Shown here one piece after another: positions 37,206 through 50,077 of a DNA stretch of 55,791 nt (position 1 is the stretch's first letter; every line of letters starts with the position of its first letter). The notes beneath the pieces are model-generated. The model was not told the origin of the DNA and made no database searches. It saw only the letters and a program-made list of their open reading frames with translations. The position numbers and the translations under genes were made by a program. The stretch comes from Bigelowiella natans CCMP2755 (Eukaryota > Protista > Cercozoa), in contig ADNK01001416.1 in the NCBI GenBank assembly GCA_000320545.1, positions 1-55,791 of the forward strand. The letters are read 5' to 3'.

Positions 37206-37871
37206 ACATTCACAATCCTGTTTTTTTGCTTTCCGGACTATGCTATTCTTAGGCGTAAGAGATCTGATAGATTGTCTAGATCATCAACAATTCCCAGAAA
37301 ATTTGATTGGCAAGATGGTTTAAGGCAGAGTAATAATCTCAATCACCGTTCGCCAATGACACGGAGCACGCCAAACCTGTTCGACAAGTCTCGCAATTTA
37401 GAAGCATCTGAAAATGAGATTCACTCTTCAGATCAACAATCACACAACAAATCCAATAGGGCAAAGAAGCCCACAAATCGAGGAAAAAGTGAAGAGAGAA
37501 AAAAATCTGATGTCAAGCTTCGCTTAAACTTTGAAGAGGAGCGGGCGAAAGCTAGAAAACGGATTGCTGAACGGCGAAAGAAGACAATGAGAGAAATTAA
37601 TCGAGCTGAGCAGGTTGGTTTTTTATAGCATATAGTACTTTTAATTCCAACAACTCAAACTGATTTTTCCCCTCAGAAGGAGGCCGAGCATAAGAGGAAG
37701 ATCAAGTGTCGAGAAGCACAGAAAAAACGAGATCTAGAGGAAAAGCAACTGCGTCGATCGAAAATATATTATCAGAATGCATTGAAAAAACGATTATATG
37801 AACTAGAATTTGCTGAAAGTATGGAGAAATTAGAAGTTGAAAATAAAAACACAAAAATTCATGGAGTTTAG
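36643..37871 (+). CDS. Basic coiled-coil protein of unknown function, about 3 exons
   Basis: Open exons 36643-~36996, ~37250-37613 and 37678-37871, ending ...RRSKIYYQNALKKRLYELEFAESMEKLEVENKNTKIHGV*. Confidence 0.55.
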
Positions 37872-38201
37872 TTAGGTTAGATATTCGTTAGGCAGTTGAA
37901 ATTTATAATTTACGACACAGGACATAGTGACCTGTGCAATATTAGTCAGTTATTAATAGATTGTGAGTTAAATGATATGAGCCGTACATTATGCAGTGAC
38001 CAATATGTATAATGTATGTGTAGCAAATAACACGTTTGTTGTCGCAAGAGTTAGTTATTAATTGGAATTATTGCATGTATATATATCGATCATCGTATAT
38101 CATGCGCACTGCCTTCGATCGCGTACAGAGTGCCTAGTGCTGAACATCAATGCATGTCCAGCTAGCTAGCTAGAGCCAGCCACAGCAACGTTGCGCTAGA
38201 C

Positions 38202-38450
38202 TAATATAGGGACATATATGTCCATATACGTGTACGCGTAAGGAACACATGTACCCATGCACACCACATGTACCTAAAAAGCACACATGCTCTGTTCATA
38301 TCCACACATGCACCAAACAAGCCACTACACATGTACCAAAATGTGAGCGCTATTATTTGGCACATGTGTAGCTATGGGTACATGTGAAGTATGCGATGTA
38401 CACATGTCGTAGACGGCTACACGTATAGGGACATATATGTCCATATACTA
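38202..38450. mobile_element. MITE-like non-autonomous element, about 250 bp, with ~33-bp imperfect terminal inverted repeats
   Basis: Left end TAATATAGGGACATATATGTCCATATACGTGTA. Right-end reverse complement TAGTATATGGACATATATGTCCCTATACGTGTA. Internal CACATGTAC-like repeats occur in both orientations. No convincing TSD. Confidence 0.6.
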
Positions 38451-38909
38451 AAATAATCGGCTCTCATATGAGCACATGCGCAAAAGTGTGCATAGCTATC
38501 TAGCTATGTATGGATGCCTACAAAATATCTAGCGTCCATGTATCGTGTCGCACAGACGCATGCAGTATACGTACTAGCGTATACGCGATAGCAAATAGCA
38601 AACGTGCATGCATACGATACTGTCGTATATCTACACGAATACAACATCAAATTATTAATTTTTCTCGTATATTTATGTTAGGAAAATATTTTTGATTCAC
38701 AAATATGTGGAGTAGTAGTGCTTCTAAGTGGTAGAGGCGCCCTGCAATAGATGCCCGACCTATAGACTAATCTCCTACATCTTTCTGTTTGTAACTTCCA
38801 TCTTTCTTCCACCCAGATATTCGATTTTCGCGGAGAAATTTATTTGCATGATCATGATTAAGTATAAAGATGATACACAAGTTGTCTCTCGGCGATTCAA
38901 ACTTTTTGC

Positions 38910-38980
38910 TGGATCTAAGGTCTCCGCTCTTCTCCGTGCACTTGCGTGCCTTTGGGATGAAGGGCTTCATATATCGATTG
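38910..38980 (-). promoter_or_regulatory. SECIS element (type II) in the SELENOK 3' UTR
   Basis: Minus strand reads AUGAA-GCCCUUCAUCC-C-AAA-G-GCAC-GCAA-GUGC-AC-GGAGAAGAGC-GGAG. This gives an AUGA/GA core, a ~10-11 bp helix II, unpaired AAA and an apical mini-stem, about 80 nt after the stop. Confidence 0.85.
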
Positions 38981-39050
38981 ATGAAAGGATCTTTTACATC
39001 CTGCGGTGTCAGATACTCGAAGCTTTGCACGAGCTAAGCTGGCACCGCAT

Positions 39051-39614
39051 TTAACCTCAGCCGCCTCCAGCTCCACTCACTAATTTGAAAAGAATATAAC
39101 TTCTCTAAAAAAAAGTTAAATTAATCAATATCTTACTCATCATTCCTGCTGGTGGTGCTGCATTCATTGGTCGGCCTAAAATTATCAACTATAATACATT
39201 GTCTGTGATTTGAAGATATGAATATTTATTTACGATTTGCTCCTCCCAATCCTCCTAGTCTCATTCCAGTAGGTCTTCCTCTAGATGAGCGGCCCGACGA
39301 TGACCGTTGGTTTACGTAAGAAGCTTTTGCTTCAGGCTGAGTAGACAGTGGAATTAGTGGAGCACAGTAACTCATTATAAATATTTCCTACATTTATGAG
39401 AGTCTCCACGCTGAGAATTCCAATTTACCGAAATGGATACCAAAAGTTAGAAGTGCAAGCAAACTCTCAGAATCATATTTGGCACTTACAACATCTTAGC
39501 GAGATCAAGCACCGTCCAGAATGCTGTTGTGACCTTCAAGCACGGGTTGGAACCGCCTCCCACCCTTACAGTTTGGGAAGAGCCATTGCTGCCCAACCGA
39601 TAGCCTGACGCCAT
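39051..39614 (-). CDS. SELENOK: Selenoprotein K, 104 aa, 5 exons (39490-39614, 39392-39410, 39234-39336, 39137-39175, 39051-39079); Sec codon TGA at 39057-39059
   Basis: Spliced product MASGYRLGSNG...AFWTVLDLAKMFVETLINP...RGRPTGMRLGGLGG..AAPPAGMMMSGAGGG-U-G*. It has the SelK FW...F..TL segment, a G/R/P-rich tail, a penultimate TGA and a downstream SECIS. Confidence 0.88.
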
Positions 39615-39884
39615 GTGAGTCTTCTTCACTAATGATCCTTCTTTGCCAACCGTCCTTCTTCGCCAACCGCCTGCTAGATCCCTATCTCGGGCGAATTGGG
39701 GAGCATTTCATTGTCGTCTCTTTTTATTACCCTCCATTCGCCTCTTACATAACAGGTAAGTTTCTAGCTTTGTCGTACAATTAAAATCACTTGTGTTTGC
39801 AACTGTAAATAAAGATCTTGGAAGCACACGAGCAACGGTGGTCTCTCTCATTACATTCCGAAAGGAGGACACCATTCAAATGAG

Positions 39885-41026
39885 ATGGCGAAAGAGCAGA
39901 CGTCTACGATGAGTAGTGGTGGAAGTTCTGAGCGCATACCCGTCGTCAGCTTATTTATCTTGCTTCTTCCCAGACTAGCTGCAACTGGTTCCAATAACTG
40001 TTCTAACGAGCTGTTGATGCATGCGAGAACATTCGAACGAATAGCTCAGCTCGATTTGTTATATAAAGCGGACAATCAGCCTTTTTGCAGCCTTTCGAGC
40101 GATAGATGGAACCTAGACGACCTTATTCCAGACCCAGGTTTTGTTTTTGCTTTGAAAAAGAGAACAGCGACGACGGACAATTCACCACGAAACACGTACT
40201 CCATTTAAGGTGATGCAGAACGTTCTGAAGCAAATCAGAGGCTGGCTGAGTTAATTTATCGGATCCAGGTATAACTCTTTTCTTCTTACCCTGAGTTCTT
40301 TCTAAATCGGCTGTTGATATCCCATGTGCATAATCATAGAATCCTTTAAAGTGTTCCGAGGCTCGGTACGTTCAGCATATCAATTGAATCTACGCTGCAA
40401 TCTACCGATACCTTGGCAGCTCGAATTCCGGATGTTCTTTGATTTCTTAGGAAATTTTGATTACACCTCAGATTTCTTGTTGCTCGCCACTGGTCGATCG
40501 ACTGCGGTTTTGGCGCGGATATGCATGTAGGTACTCACCGTAGAAAGGCTGTGAATTCCACCCAAGAAGCAGTCTGACCCCGTATTAATTACACAAAAGA
40601 CATTGTTCAGAACTCTCATCTAAGAAATCAATTGGTTTGTGAGTATTGCACACTAACTTCAACTTTTCACCGACTCGTCGGGTTTCCGTTGGCATCACAT
40701 TCCAAAAAGGTTCTTTCCGTCGCGCTTCACGTGAGCTTGATGCTAAATCGCACTTTAATTGTGGACGACGAAGACTGGTGGTGGTTCAGAGAGGGAATGG
40801 CTTCTACCAGGTTCGGATAATTATCAACTGGCATGAGAGATAAATGTCTAAACAAAATGTTGTCCGTCATCATCAAGTACCGAAAATGATTGAGATCCTG
40901 CAGTACCCTAGAAAGCAAGCAATTTTCAAACATTGCCTATCATCCCACCACGTTGTATTTCAACACCATAAATTCGTTTTGTTTATCTTCTCAGATCCAA
41001 CTTTGAGTTTAATCAGGTAAGCGGTA

Positions 41027-41098
<72 letters not shown>

Positions 41099-41185
41099 TG
41101 TGTTTGTGTGTGTGTGTATATATAATATCGAGTATTGATACGTCATTAAAAAACTTGCAGATTTGCACAATCACCATCGTCACTG

Positions 41186-41218
<33 letters not shown>

Positions 41219-41408
41219 CTATCTAGTGCGATCCTCGTGGATCCAGTTGCCTATTTGAGAAAGTGGGTCGCTGTAATTTGGACAACGTTGTCGACGACGA
41301 TGATGATGATGATCAAGTTAACAAAAGGTGGATAATATAAGAAGTTCATATATTAAATATAGAACTGTGAAATGCATGCGGAAAGTTTTTACTACAAACA
41401 TACATAGT

Positions 41409-41454
<46 letters not shown>

Positions 41455-43120
41455 ATATATATATGTATATATATTAATATACATAATATTTTATTCTTCT
41501 AATATGTCAGATTTTGTCTTTATAGTTGTGTGCATGTGTGGTCCTATGAGGGCAAACACGTATTTGAGTAAAATGCCAACCTGCTTACAAGACTAGTTTT
41601 CATTACAGCAAAGAGAATTAGTACGGTAAGTAGTATGAAGATTGGAATCTCGACGGCTTAAAAAGAAATCTTTCCCTCACCGCATCAGTAATAATCAACT
41701 ATGCGATCGTTGCCGCTCTCTATTTGAAAAGGGTTTTATTCCACGGCGACGTGCGGTCGCTTACTGCGGATTCTTTGGCCGGGCAATATAATGACAATAG
41801 TGGCATTGACCAAAATGTGAGCTCCTCATTCTCCTACAAATCTATTATTCTAGTTTTCATTACTCGCATTGAAGAATTATAGCCTTGAGTCAGAAAAACT
41901 CTAGAAATCGCTAGTGCAGCTCACATATATGTGAAAGTTGTAATTGCTTACTTTTCCTCCTCCTCCCTCTAAGAAGGGACATTTCAGGCAGCAGCCACAG
42001 CGGGTGATCTTCCTGGAGAAAGCTCAAGATTTTTACTGCCAACACATACACCCCGAGTTTGAGGTTGTTGTCATTACTGCTACCTCTGCTGCTACTATTT
42101 TGCACTCAACCCAAGCACATCATCATCCACACCGTTTATCCAACCTTATAGCCGCCGACGCTGAATAATGAGCTCTAATATACCAATTCTCCACCAACAA
42201 CATCGCCACCACTATTATTTACGAGCATCACCACATGAGCAGCACATGCTGCCTTTTCAGCATCAGTCATCGAATGTGATCCCTACCTACCCCCCACTTA
42301 ATTGCGCAATAACAACTGCTGTTTTAGAGTATGGGGAAACTATGGTACCGCTCGAAACTGATGCAATTCCTTCTAAAACCGACGAAAATGATGCAAAATC
42401 ATATCCAAATATTGACAAACAGGTGCGTATCTTCCTCAATAGTGCCTCCAATTTGATCTTCGTTCTAGTGTAGGTGTAAATCAAGCGCACATGTAGAGTT
42501 GTGCTGAGAGCGGCATTGACATCTCATCGATATGTTTGTCGAGAAATTGTATTAACATAGGTAAGTTGTTACGTTTGTCTTATTCGTCATCGTTTATTGT
42601 GTTTGCAGATTGAATTTAAGGGCAGTAAAAACACGAACGGAAGGAAAAGATGATGATGAGGATAATGATAACAATGATTATGATGACGGAGACGACGATG
42701 ATGACCATGATAGAGAAGATACTAATGATGAAGAAGAGGACGTGTCAGCGTTTGGTGTGTCCTATATCGGAGTGCACATTCGTCGAGGAGATAATTACGA
42801 GAACCCCAACCATCCTTTTAAAGTAGAAATAATGCTCCTAACCCTTTTTCCTCGCCTCTAACTATCTTGATCTACTACTTTCCTTCTCAGCATTATCAAT
42901 TGAAAGCATTTCTTCATTATTCCTTCGATTGTATCTGTTAGAAGTATTCTCGGGGAGTGAAGTTACTTCAGAAGGAGTATCCTAAAATACAGAAGGTCTT
43001 CTTGGCCTCTGATGATCAGAATGCTGTCGAGGTAACAGCACAAATCACTTGCTAATCGCATCAATTGAAGAAAGATAAGGGCATAGAAGTAGTGTATATA
43101 AGTGTTTGCAAAAATGAGTG

Positions 43121-43161
<41 letters not shown>

Positions 43162-43228
43162 ATGCGTGCGTGTGTGTGAGTGGTGAAAGATCGAGCGCGC
43201 GCGTGCGAGAGATAGAGATAGATAGATA

Positions 43229-43274
<46 letters not shown>

Positions 43275-43863
43275 GAGACACGTCGATAACACGACTATGC
43301 GACAGTAAATTCAACGGCCCAAACGTTTCATGTATGAACAAAGGATGGGCGGGAGAGAGGCTGGAAGGCGTTAGTGAACGAGCGCCGATATAGAGGAGAA
43401 GTTAAGGGCAAACATGGCCTTGCTTCTGACGGGCTACGGTACTTAAAAAATCCCTTAGAAATGGTGTTAGAAAACAGAACTTTCCCATCCTACTAAAATG
43501 TAATGTGGACTGAAATTTCCTTGAGATGGGACGAAAGTTTGAAATCTTATGTTTCATGGATTATGCACAGATTCTATGATCTCCCCAGTGGTTTCGCTGA
43601 AAGTTGGGATTTCTTCCCGATGGTTTTTGATTTAATGCTGCTCGCACAGGTTATTTGACATTTTGTTGGCTGTTATGCTTCATTGGAAATCTGTGATCAT
43701 CATATTCAAATGCCTTTCTGGCTTTACACATGTATCGTAGAGCTCACACCTTGTCGTATCTTTGGGTTCGAATTTCGGGAGACTCGCTTTCGAGATTGCC
43801 CATGCTCTGAAGCCTGGCACTGAAGTAGTGACGCTAGATGAACCCTACACTTACTTTAAATAA
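39885..43863 (+). CDS. Alpha-1,6-fucosyltransferase-like glycosyltransferase (GT23/FUT8 family), multi-exon; start uncertain
   Basis: IQNPLKCSEARFLV..CGFGADMH, ALHVSLMLNRTLIVDD, IGVHIRRGD, VFLASDD, DLMLLAQ..HLVVSLGSNFGRLAFEI and LDEPY. Confidence 0.82.
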
Positions 43864-44154
43864 TGATGATGCGAGTCATGTAGAATTCAATCGACGCATG
43901 CCATGCATTACTAGATTACTACATGCACTACATGGCATTATATTGGCATATATGCAGCGCACTGATCGAAGTTGTTAATAATGGGCCTAGCTAGCTAGCA
44001 TTGTGCTTGTACCTGCTGCTCCATAGTGTTATTAGCACGCATGCTAGCATGTATCGTGTGCGCAGCCAGCTACACTGAACACAAATCTAAATATGCATTT
44101 TATGTATGGCACCTAGCTCGTAAAAAGTATACCCAAGCTGCATGCGTATATACA

Positions 44155-44270
44155 AGGCGGATGTAATTAATCAACTAGGCTTTGTTCAATGGTCATCCTT
44201 ATGTAGCTATGCTATGATGCAATCAAAGCAATGCAGCGGCTACATGCAGCGCTAATGTTGAATCTGTATA
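44155..44270 (+). repeat. Dispersed two-hairpin repeat, copy D
   Basis: AGGCGGATGTAAT...CAATGGTCATCCTTATGTAGCTATGC...GCAATGCAGCGGCTACA...AATCTGT. Confidence 0.85.
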
Positions 44271-44549
44271 TCTGTACACACGTAGTTTTACGTTTTGGTA
44301 CCCAGCTACCGCGCGCGCGTTGGTATGCACAACATGCTGCACAAATAACAAAGTACTGCTATTATTGCCATTATATACATAGGCTGGGCCGCTATACACA
44401 TGTGAATGCGTGCAAATATGCGAACCCACACAAAAGATGGCATGGTACATGCAGGCATTTCTTGTATTCTGAGTATGTACTAGACGTTTATACTAGCGAA
44501 AAAATCCCAACAATGCGAAACTTTCTTCTAGTCGCATTTGATGCTGCAA

Positions 44550-46336
44550 CTACATGATTTCTCCAACAAAGATTTTTTTGTCGTTAGCACAGGAGGCAAT
44601 GATAGGCTCGGATGGGTGAAAGTCAACTTCGTTTACAGAACCTTGGTGGCCGGGGAGCTTATAGAGTATTCTCCCGTCCAAAGCATCCCAGACATAGACG
44701 AAGCGGTCAGCTGAGCCGGCGGATATGCGCGAGCCATCGGAAGACCAGGCAGCTTTGAGTAGAGTCTTGTCCATATTGTGGCGATGGCCACCAAAACGCC
44801 GCACCATTCGCTTAGTGGACACATAAGCCCTTACGTCCCAAGAGATGAGAGAATTATCCATCGAATTCGAGAGCAGGTAGCGGCCATCGGGGCTAAGTTC
44901 CAACCCCGTCACGCAATCTCCGTGTCCATCCAAAGTGTACGATACTGTGTTTTCCTTGCGCAAGTCCCACACCTAGAACATACCGTCATTATCATTATCA
45001 TTTTCATCGTCTCTTCCTCCTCGTCATCATCGTCATCATCTTACTTGAGATAATTGCAGAAAATATCGCAAAGAGGATTTAGATTACACAATCAAAACAC
45101 CTTAATTTTTTCGTCGATGCCACCCGTAAATGCCTGAAGTGAATCATCGCTGAAAGCGCACGTCAGTAGCGGAAGCGTCATCTTGTCGTCCTAAAAATCG
45201 GTAACACGGAAAAGAGGAGAAATAATGAGTTTAATTAACAAATAAAATTAATAATTTAATGAGATATTGCTCCGTATTATAATATCTAAGAATCATAATT
45301 TCCGGAAACACCTTCATTGTTTTTGTTGCTCCGCGAATGCGCAAATCCCACATCTGGTAATTACACAAATGAATTTGGAAGAAGAAAGATCAACGAGCCT
45401 GAAACCAAAAGCTTCACCCAAACACTCCGTACACATATTCAACGACTATGCGTATATAATTTACATATATAGAACGATTATAGTTGCATGGAAGTGAATT
45501 TCCACACCATTTACATAATCCTCAGAGTACGACGTTCACACGCAACACAACAGAACACAACACAACCTTGCAAGATCCATCGTCGGAAGCGGTAATCACG
45601 TATGGATCTCCTCGCCTTGATGAGCAAATGCTATTCACAAACCTGAGAATAAGAATGAGAACGCAATATAGTAAGGAGCTAATGGGATTTGTAGTCAAGA
45701 TACACATTGGAAAAATCAAATAAATAGGAAACAGCTCGTTAAGTTTGAATAAGGTCTATATATTACGATGTGTGCCCACGCAGCCTCTTGATTTTCTCCT
45801 GCGTCTCCATGTCGAAGACGACTCCTGTTCCATGTTACACAGCAACATGTGCGCATGACGCACAACCTCAGAGGAAGGCGAGTGGGGTGATGGAAGGTGA
45901 AAAAATGACGCTAAATGCGTGTCAGCTACTCTACATTTGCGCTGCTGTTGTTGCTACGGAGTGATGACTAAATATACCAGTTTTATCCGCTGAAGCACAG
46001 AGGACAAACCTTTGAATTAACCATGAATATTGGGCTGATTAGATGGAGAGAGTGGAAGAGAGAAAAAAAAGGGGTCCAAAGGGGGGGGGGATGAAAACAT
46101 CCACTTACTCGCCAGCTCGGTACCAGTCGAGGTCCAGGATGGGGCCGTCGCATCTACCATGAAGAAATCCCTCAGTAATGATGAGATGCTTTTCCATATG
46201 TGCTTGATGAAGACCCTTACCCCTTCAAAGTAGCTGTGTTGTCACACTTGCCCTCAACTGTCCATAGAACTAAGAAGGATTAGATTCATTACCAGATTAG
46301 ATAAGGCCAACGGGAATACAATCACCCATGCGAATA

Positions 46337-46382
<46 letters not shown>

Positions 46383-46514
46383 CTCACAGAGTAGCTTGTC
46401 CTGTCCTCCTGACGCCATAGTTTTACCGTCTGGACCAAACTTGCAAGCGTAGATGGGGCCCTGTAAACATCATTGTAAGTTACACCAACAACAAAGGAAA
46501 GAAAGGAGAGAGAA

Positions 46515-46581
<67 letters not shown>

Positions 46582-46896
46582 ATACATTGCACAACCGATA
46601 CACTATTACGTATACATTACTGATGAAATTATCCATGAAAAAATAAACTCGTCATATTCACCCTAATAAGAGGAAGTAAAAGTAGTCACAGGAAAAATCA
46701 GCTTGCTTACACTATGTCCGGTGAGCAGCATTGTTGGAGCTTCGAGCGTGGACGTGCGCGGCAACTGTCCCTGGGAAATAGATAAAGAAGTAATTGAAGT
46801 TTGATGCATTTTTTACATTCTGGGGTCCTTCCGTACCTTGGACTCGATGATCTGCTTCTTGACATCAGAGGATGAAGGAACTAATGCTGTGGCCAT
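44550..46896 (-). CDS. SNRNP40: U5 snRNP 40-kDa WD40 protein, about 11 exons
   Basis: RTSTLEAPTMLLTGHSG, ASADKT, LRGHTSFVNSI, ASDDGSCK, LLSNSMDNSL, HNMDKTLLKAAWS, GSADRFVYVWD and LYKLPGHQGSVNEVDFHP. Confidence 0.92.
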
Positions 46897-47399
46897 GCGG
46901 ATTTTCTTATCAATATGATCCCCATTCCCCACCGGCCCTGTAGCTACGAGTGCTCTTTTGTTCCCAAGCATCTCTGATAACAGACAAACAATTAGGGGTT
47001 ACGCTAGCATAACACAGTCATGTAAGAGTGCCAAGCTTCTGTTAGCCATCGCGACCGCGATCAAAGTCCGCAGTCTGGTTGTGATAAGATTCAAATTAGA
47101 CTTCTTGGATTGTCATGTACAATACAATGTAGGGCAATTACATCTGTAAAAGAAGAAAATACAATATTTAGGAGCGTAGCAAACGGCGTTTCATTTTTAA
47201 GATGATCTATCAGTTCATTCGGCATGCATTTTCACATGTCGCAAGAAAATATTTCCCTGCCTCATGCAAAAAGAGCGGGAAACGATACGAGCACAGAATC
47301 AAAAGACAATTTAATCTTGAGACATAATTTTATGGTTGTCGCATTTAAGGTTTGTCATTCATTCAACTGAAGTCAACCAAGACCAAAACAAGATCAAGC

Positions 47400-47940
47400 A
47401 GAAACGTGAGAGGTGCAACACCCTCAAGACACCTTCAAAGCAGCACGCGATGACGACTTTCCTCATCTGAAGCGTTTAATTGAGCAAAAGGCACACATGA
47501 ATTGAGGCGAAGGACCGTCACGGTGGGTAGCAGCGCCAGCATTGCTAGAACTAGAGAATCCAGAAAGCGGTTGCAGTGTTGGGCAGACAACGTGTGCTGG
47601 AACGTGGTGGCTGGGTCAACTCCAGAACTTGCAGTGCACACCATTCTTGGTTTCATACTTTGCGTCAAACATGGGATCGTGCACCACCAGGTTCCACGCC
47701 GACAATTGAGTTCCGCCCAGCTAGAGACGTGCTAGCGTGCCACACTTGCAAGTCCACATCTGGAAGTGTTGAACGCAGAATCACAAACAAACGAGTGTTC
47801 CAGGGTGCGACTTTGTTAGCTCCCCCGCTGGCACGGGCTAGCAGGAGAAGAAGTTGGAGACCACAGCCCACAGCCATCCCGAAAAAGAGAGTTTCAAAAC
47901 TGAAACAAGTTCAATCGCTTCCAAGCTAGCCAAGTGGAGT
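47400..47940 (+). pseudogene. Decayed ankyrin-repeat-like gene relic
   Basis: TFKAARDDDFPHLKRLIEQKAHMN*GEGPSR resembles an ankyrin repeat with an in-frame stop. It is interrupted by CTAG scars and is TpA-depleted. Confidence 0.4.
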
Positions 47941-48049
47941 GCATTGCTAGCGCAGATTGGGCAGCACGCACGCACGTGCAAACAAAGTGGATCGATGGAA
48001 CGCTAGAACGTGTGCACACATGCAATTGTGGACACACACACACACACAG

Positions 48050-48121
<72 letters not shown>

Positions 48122-48420
48122 CATCCGCACATTGCTAGATTGTCACAATGTGAACGTGTGGCGATCACTAGATCATGGTGCACGCTAGCACGTGCCCTTG
48201 CATGTGCGTGATGGGTGCGACGGGTGACATCATTGTTGCAAAGGGCTAGAGGGGTGCAATGCGTGTGCACACAGCAGCATTTACGTACGTGGTTTAATTC
48301 GCCATGCACGTTCTATCGCATAGTAGAAGACAAATCAAAATCATTTGCATGGACTGAGACACCCCGCATGTGGGTCCCCTCTGTCTGCTGAAATGCGAAA
48401 GCGGCAGTCGATGAAGCATC

Positions 48421-50043
48421 TTAATAAGTCCATCGACATTTCAGAATAGACTCGTCCTTGATCCATGCAACCTAAGTCATACATTTGATGAGATATTTCC
48501 CGACTAAACAATGGAAGGTACCTCTCCCGATACAATCGTAGCAACAACCCTAATAACGACATTATAACAATCAAACCATAGGTAATATGATAATCTCTTC
48601 CACAATTATTTCTTTTAGGAAACACCTCTCACACACCTTGCTCGAAAATGTGAAAGCTGATGATGACAAAAGCTACAGTTGCACTATGCATGTCTCACAT
48701 GGTGTCATCATCGTCGTCATCATCATCGTCCATCGTCATATATTTTACTATCAATACTACCGAAGCTCGGTGTCTAGAAGGATGATATCCGCGTCGCATC
48801 CAAAACTCAGACTCCCTTTCCTCTTTTCCATGTTCTAAACAAGGAAGTGACACGATTTACGATTTGCCAGTAAATCATGCACGATCGTTTCGCAAAGAAA
48901 CAGTGAATTCGGAGGAGCTGCAGCTAAAATCGCAGTTAGTTGCTTTAGGCCGAATTAGTAGTGAAACAGTGATAAAAGCAAAAAAAATCTGGATTACAAG
49001 GACAATAAAATACAAAAAAAAAGATACGGTCGTCGATCTGGACATGGGGATGATAATGGCGGAACAATGATAGACCCACTTACTATGATATTCTTTACTT
49101 ATTAGAGTCAACAGCTCGAGTCGTACTTTTTACCATGGCAACGACAACACAACATAACCATCCCACTATTCTATGATGCTGCAAATGCATACCAAGACTT
49201 CAGCAGGTCGCAGCGTCGCAGCACGAATGGCTTCTACGATAGAACATCCTGCAATATAGCAGCAAATGGAAGAAGAAGAAGAAGAAGAAGAAGAAGAAGA
49301 AGAAGAAGAAGAAGCAAATAATACTAACTAGTTAGTGATAATGCATGCAACAAAGAGATAGGAGGCGGGGGAGAGAACCTGTGAATTTCCGGAAGTTTCG
49401 CACACAAGAGTCCATGGTGGCAATACTCCCTGCCAATGTGTCCGTACCCTAAGCAATAGTAATCGGACTATTCACCATCCATTCAGCACTACTTCGATGA
49501 TACAGTATGGTAGACTCAACCGCGACATCAACATCCACAAAAGTCGGCTTTTAATCGATCGCGAACATTGTAGTAGAAAGGCACCCTGCGTGTCGTACTC
49601 TATCTAATGCGTGATGTATGTCATCTTCATTACTACGACTGTCGCACGGTCATCTTTAATGCGCACTTGCACGTCCCCGAGCTGAGGCCGAGAAATGAGG
49701 GAGGGGAGACGAATATCAAGAAGAGATGATGATGATGATGATGATGATGATGATAATGAAGAAAAAGAAGACAACGACGACGAAGAAGAAGAAGCCCAAA
49801 GACGAGAGGATCGCAGCCGTCGTTGCTTGCGGCTATTGAAGATTCTATTGATGATGACGATAGTATTGCTGAACACTAGCAACAAAAAGCACTGCAACCA
49901 TCATCAACCTTGTACAAACCGTCTCCTAGGCCCATCGCTCCCATTGCATCTGTCACTAACACAGCACCCTCTGGATGAGCCCTAAGTATTAAGTAATGTC
50001 CCCCCGTAATGATAGTGATTAACCATATTCCTGTGTGATGATA

Positions 50044-50077
<34 letters not shown>

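Noticed and set aside
38767-39030. 87-aa minus-strand ORF and overlapping plus ORF 38728-39054
   Set aside because: They overlap the SELENOK 3' UTR and SECIS, and show no protein features.
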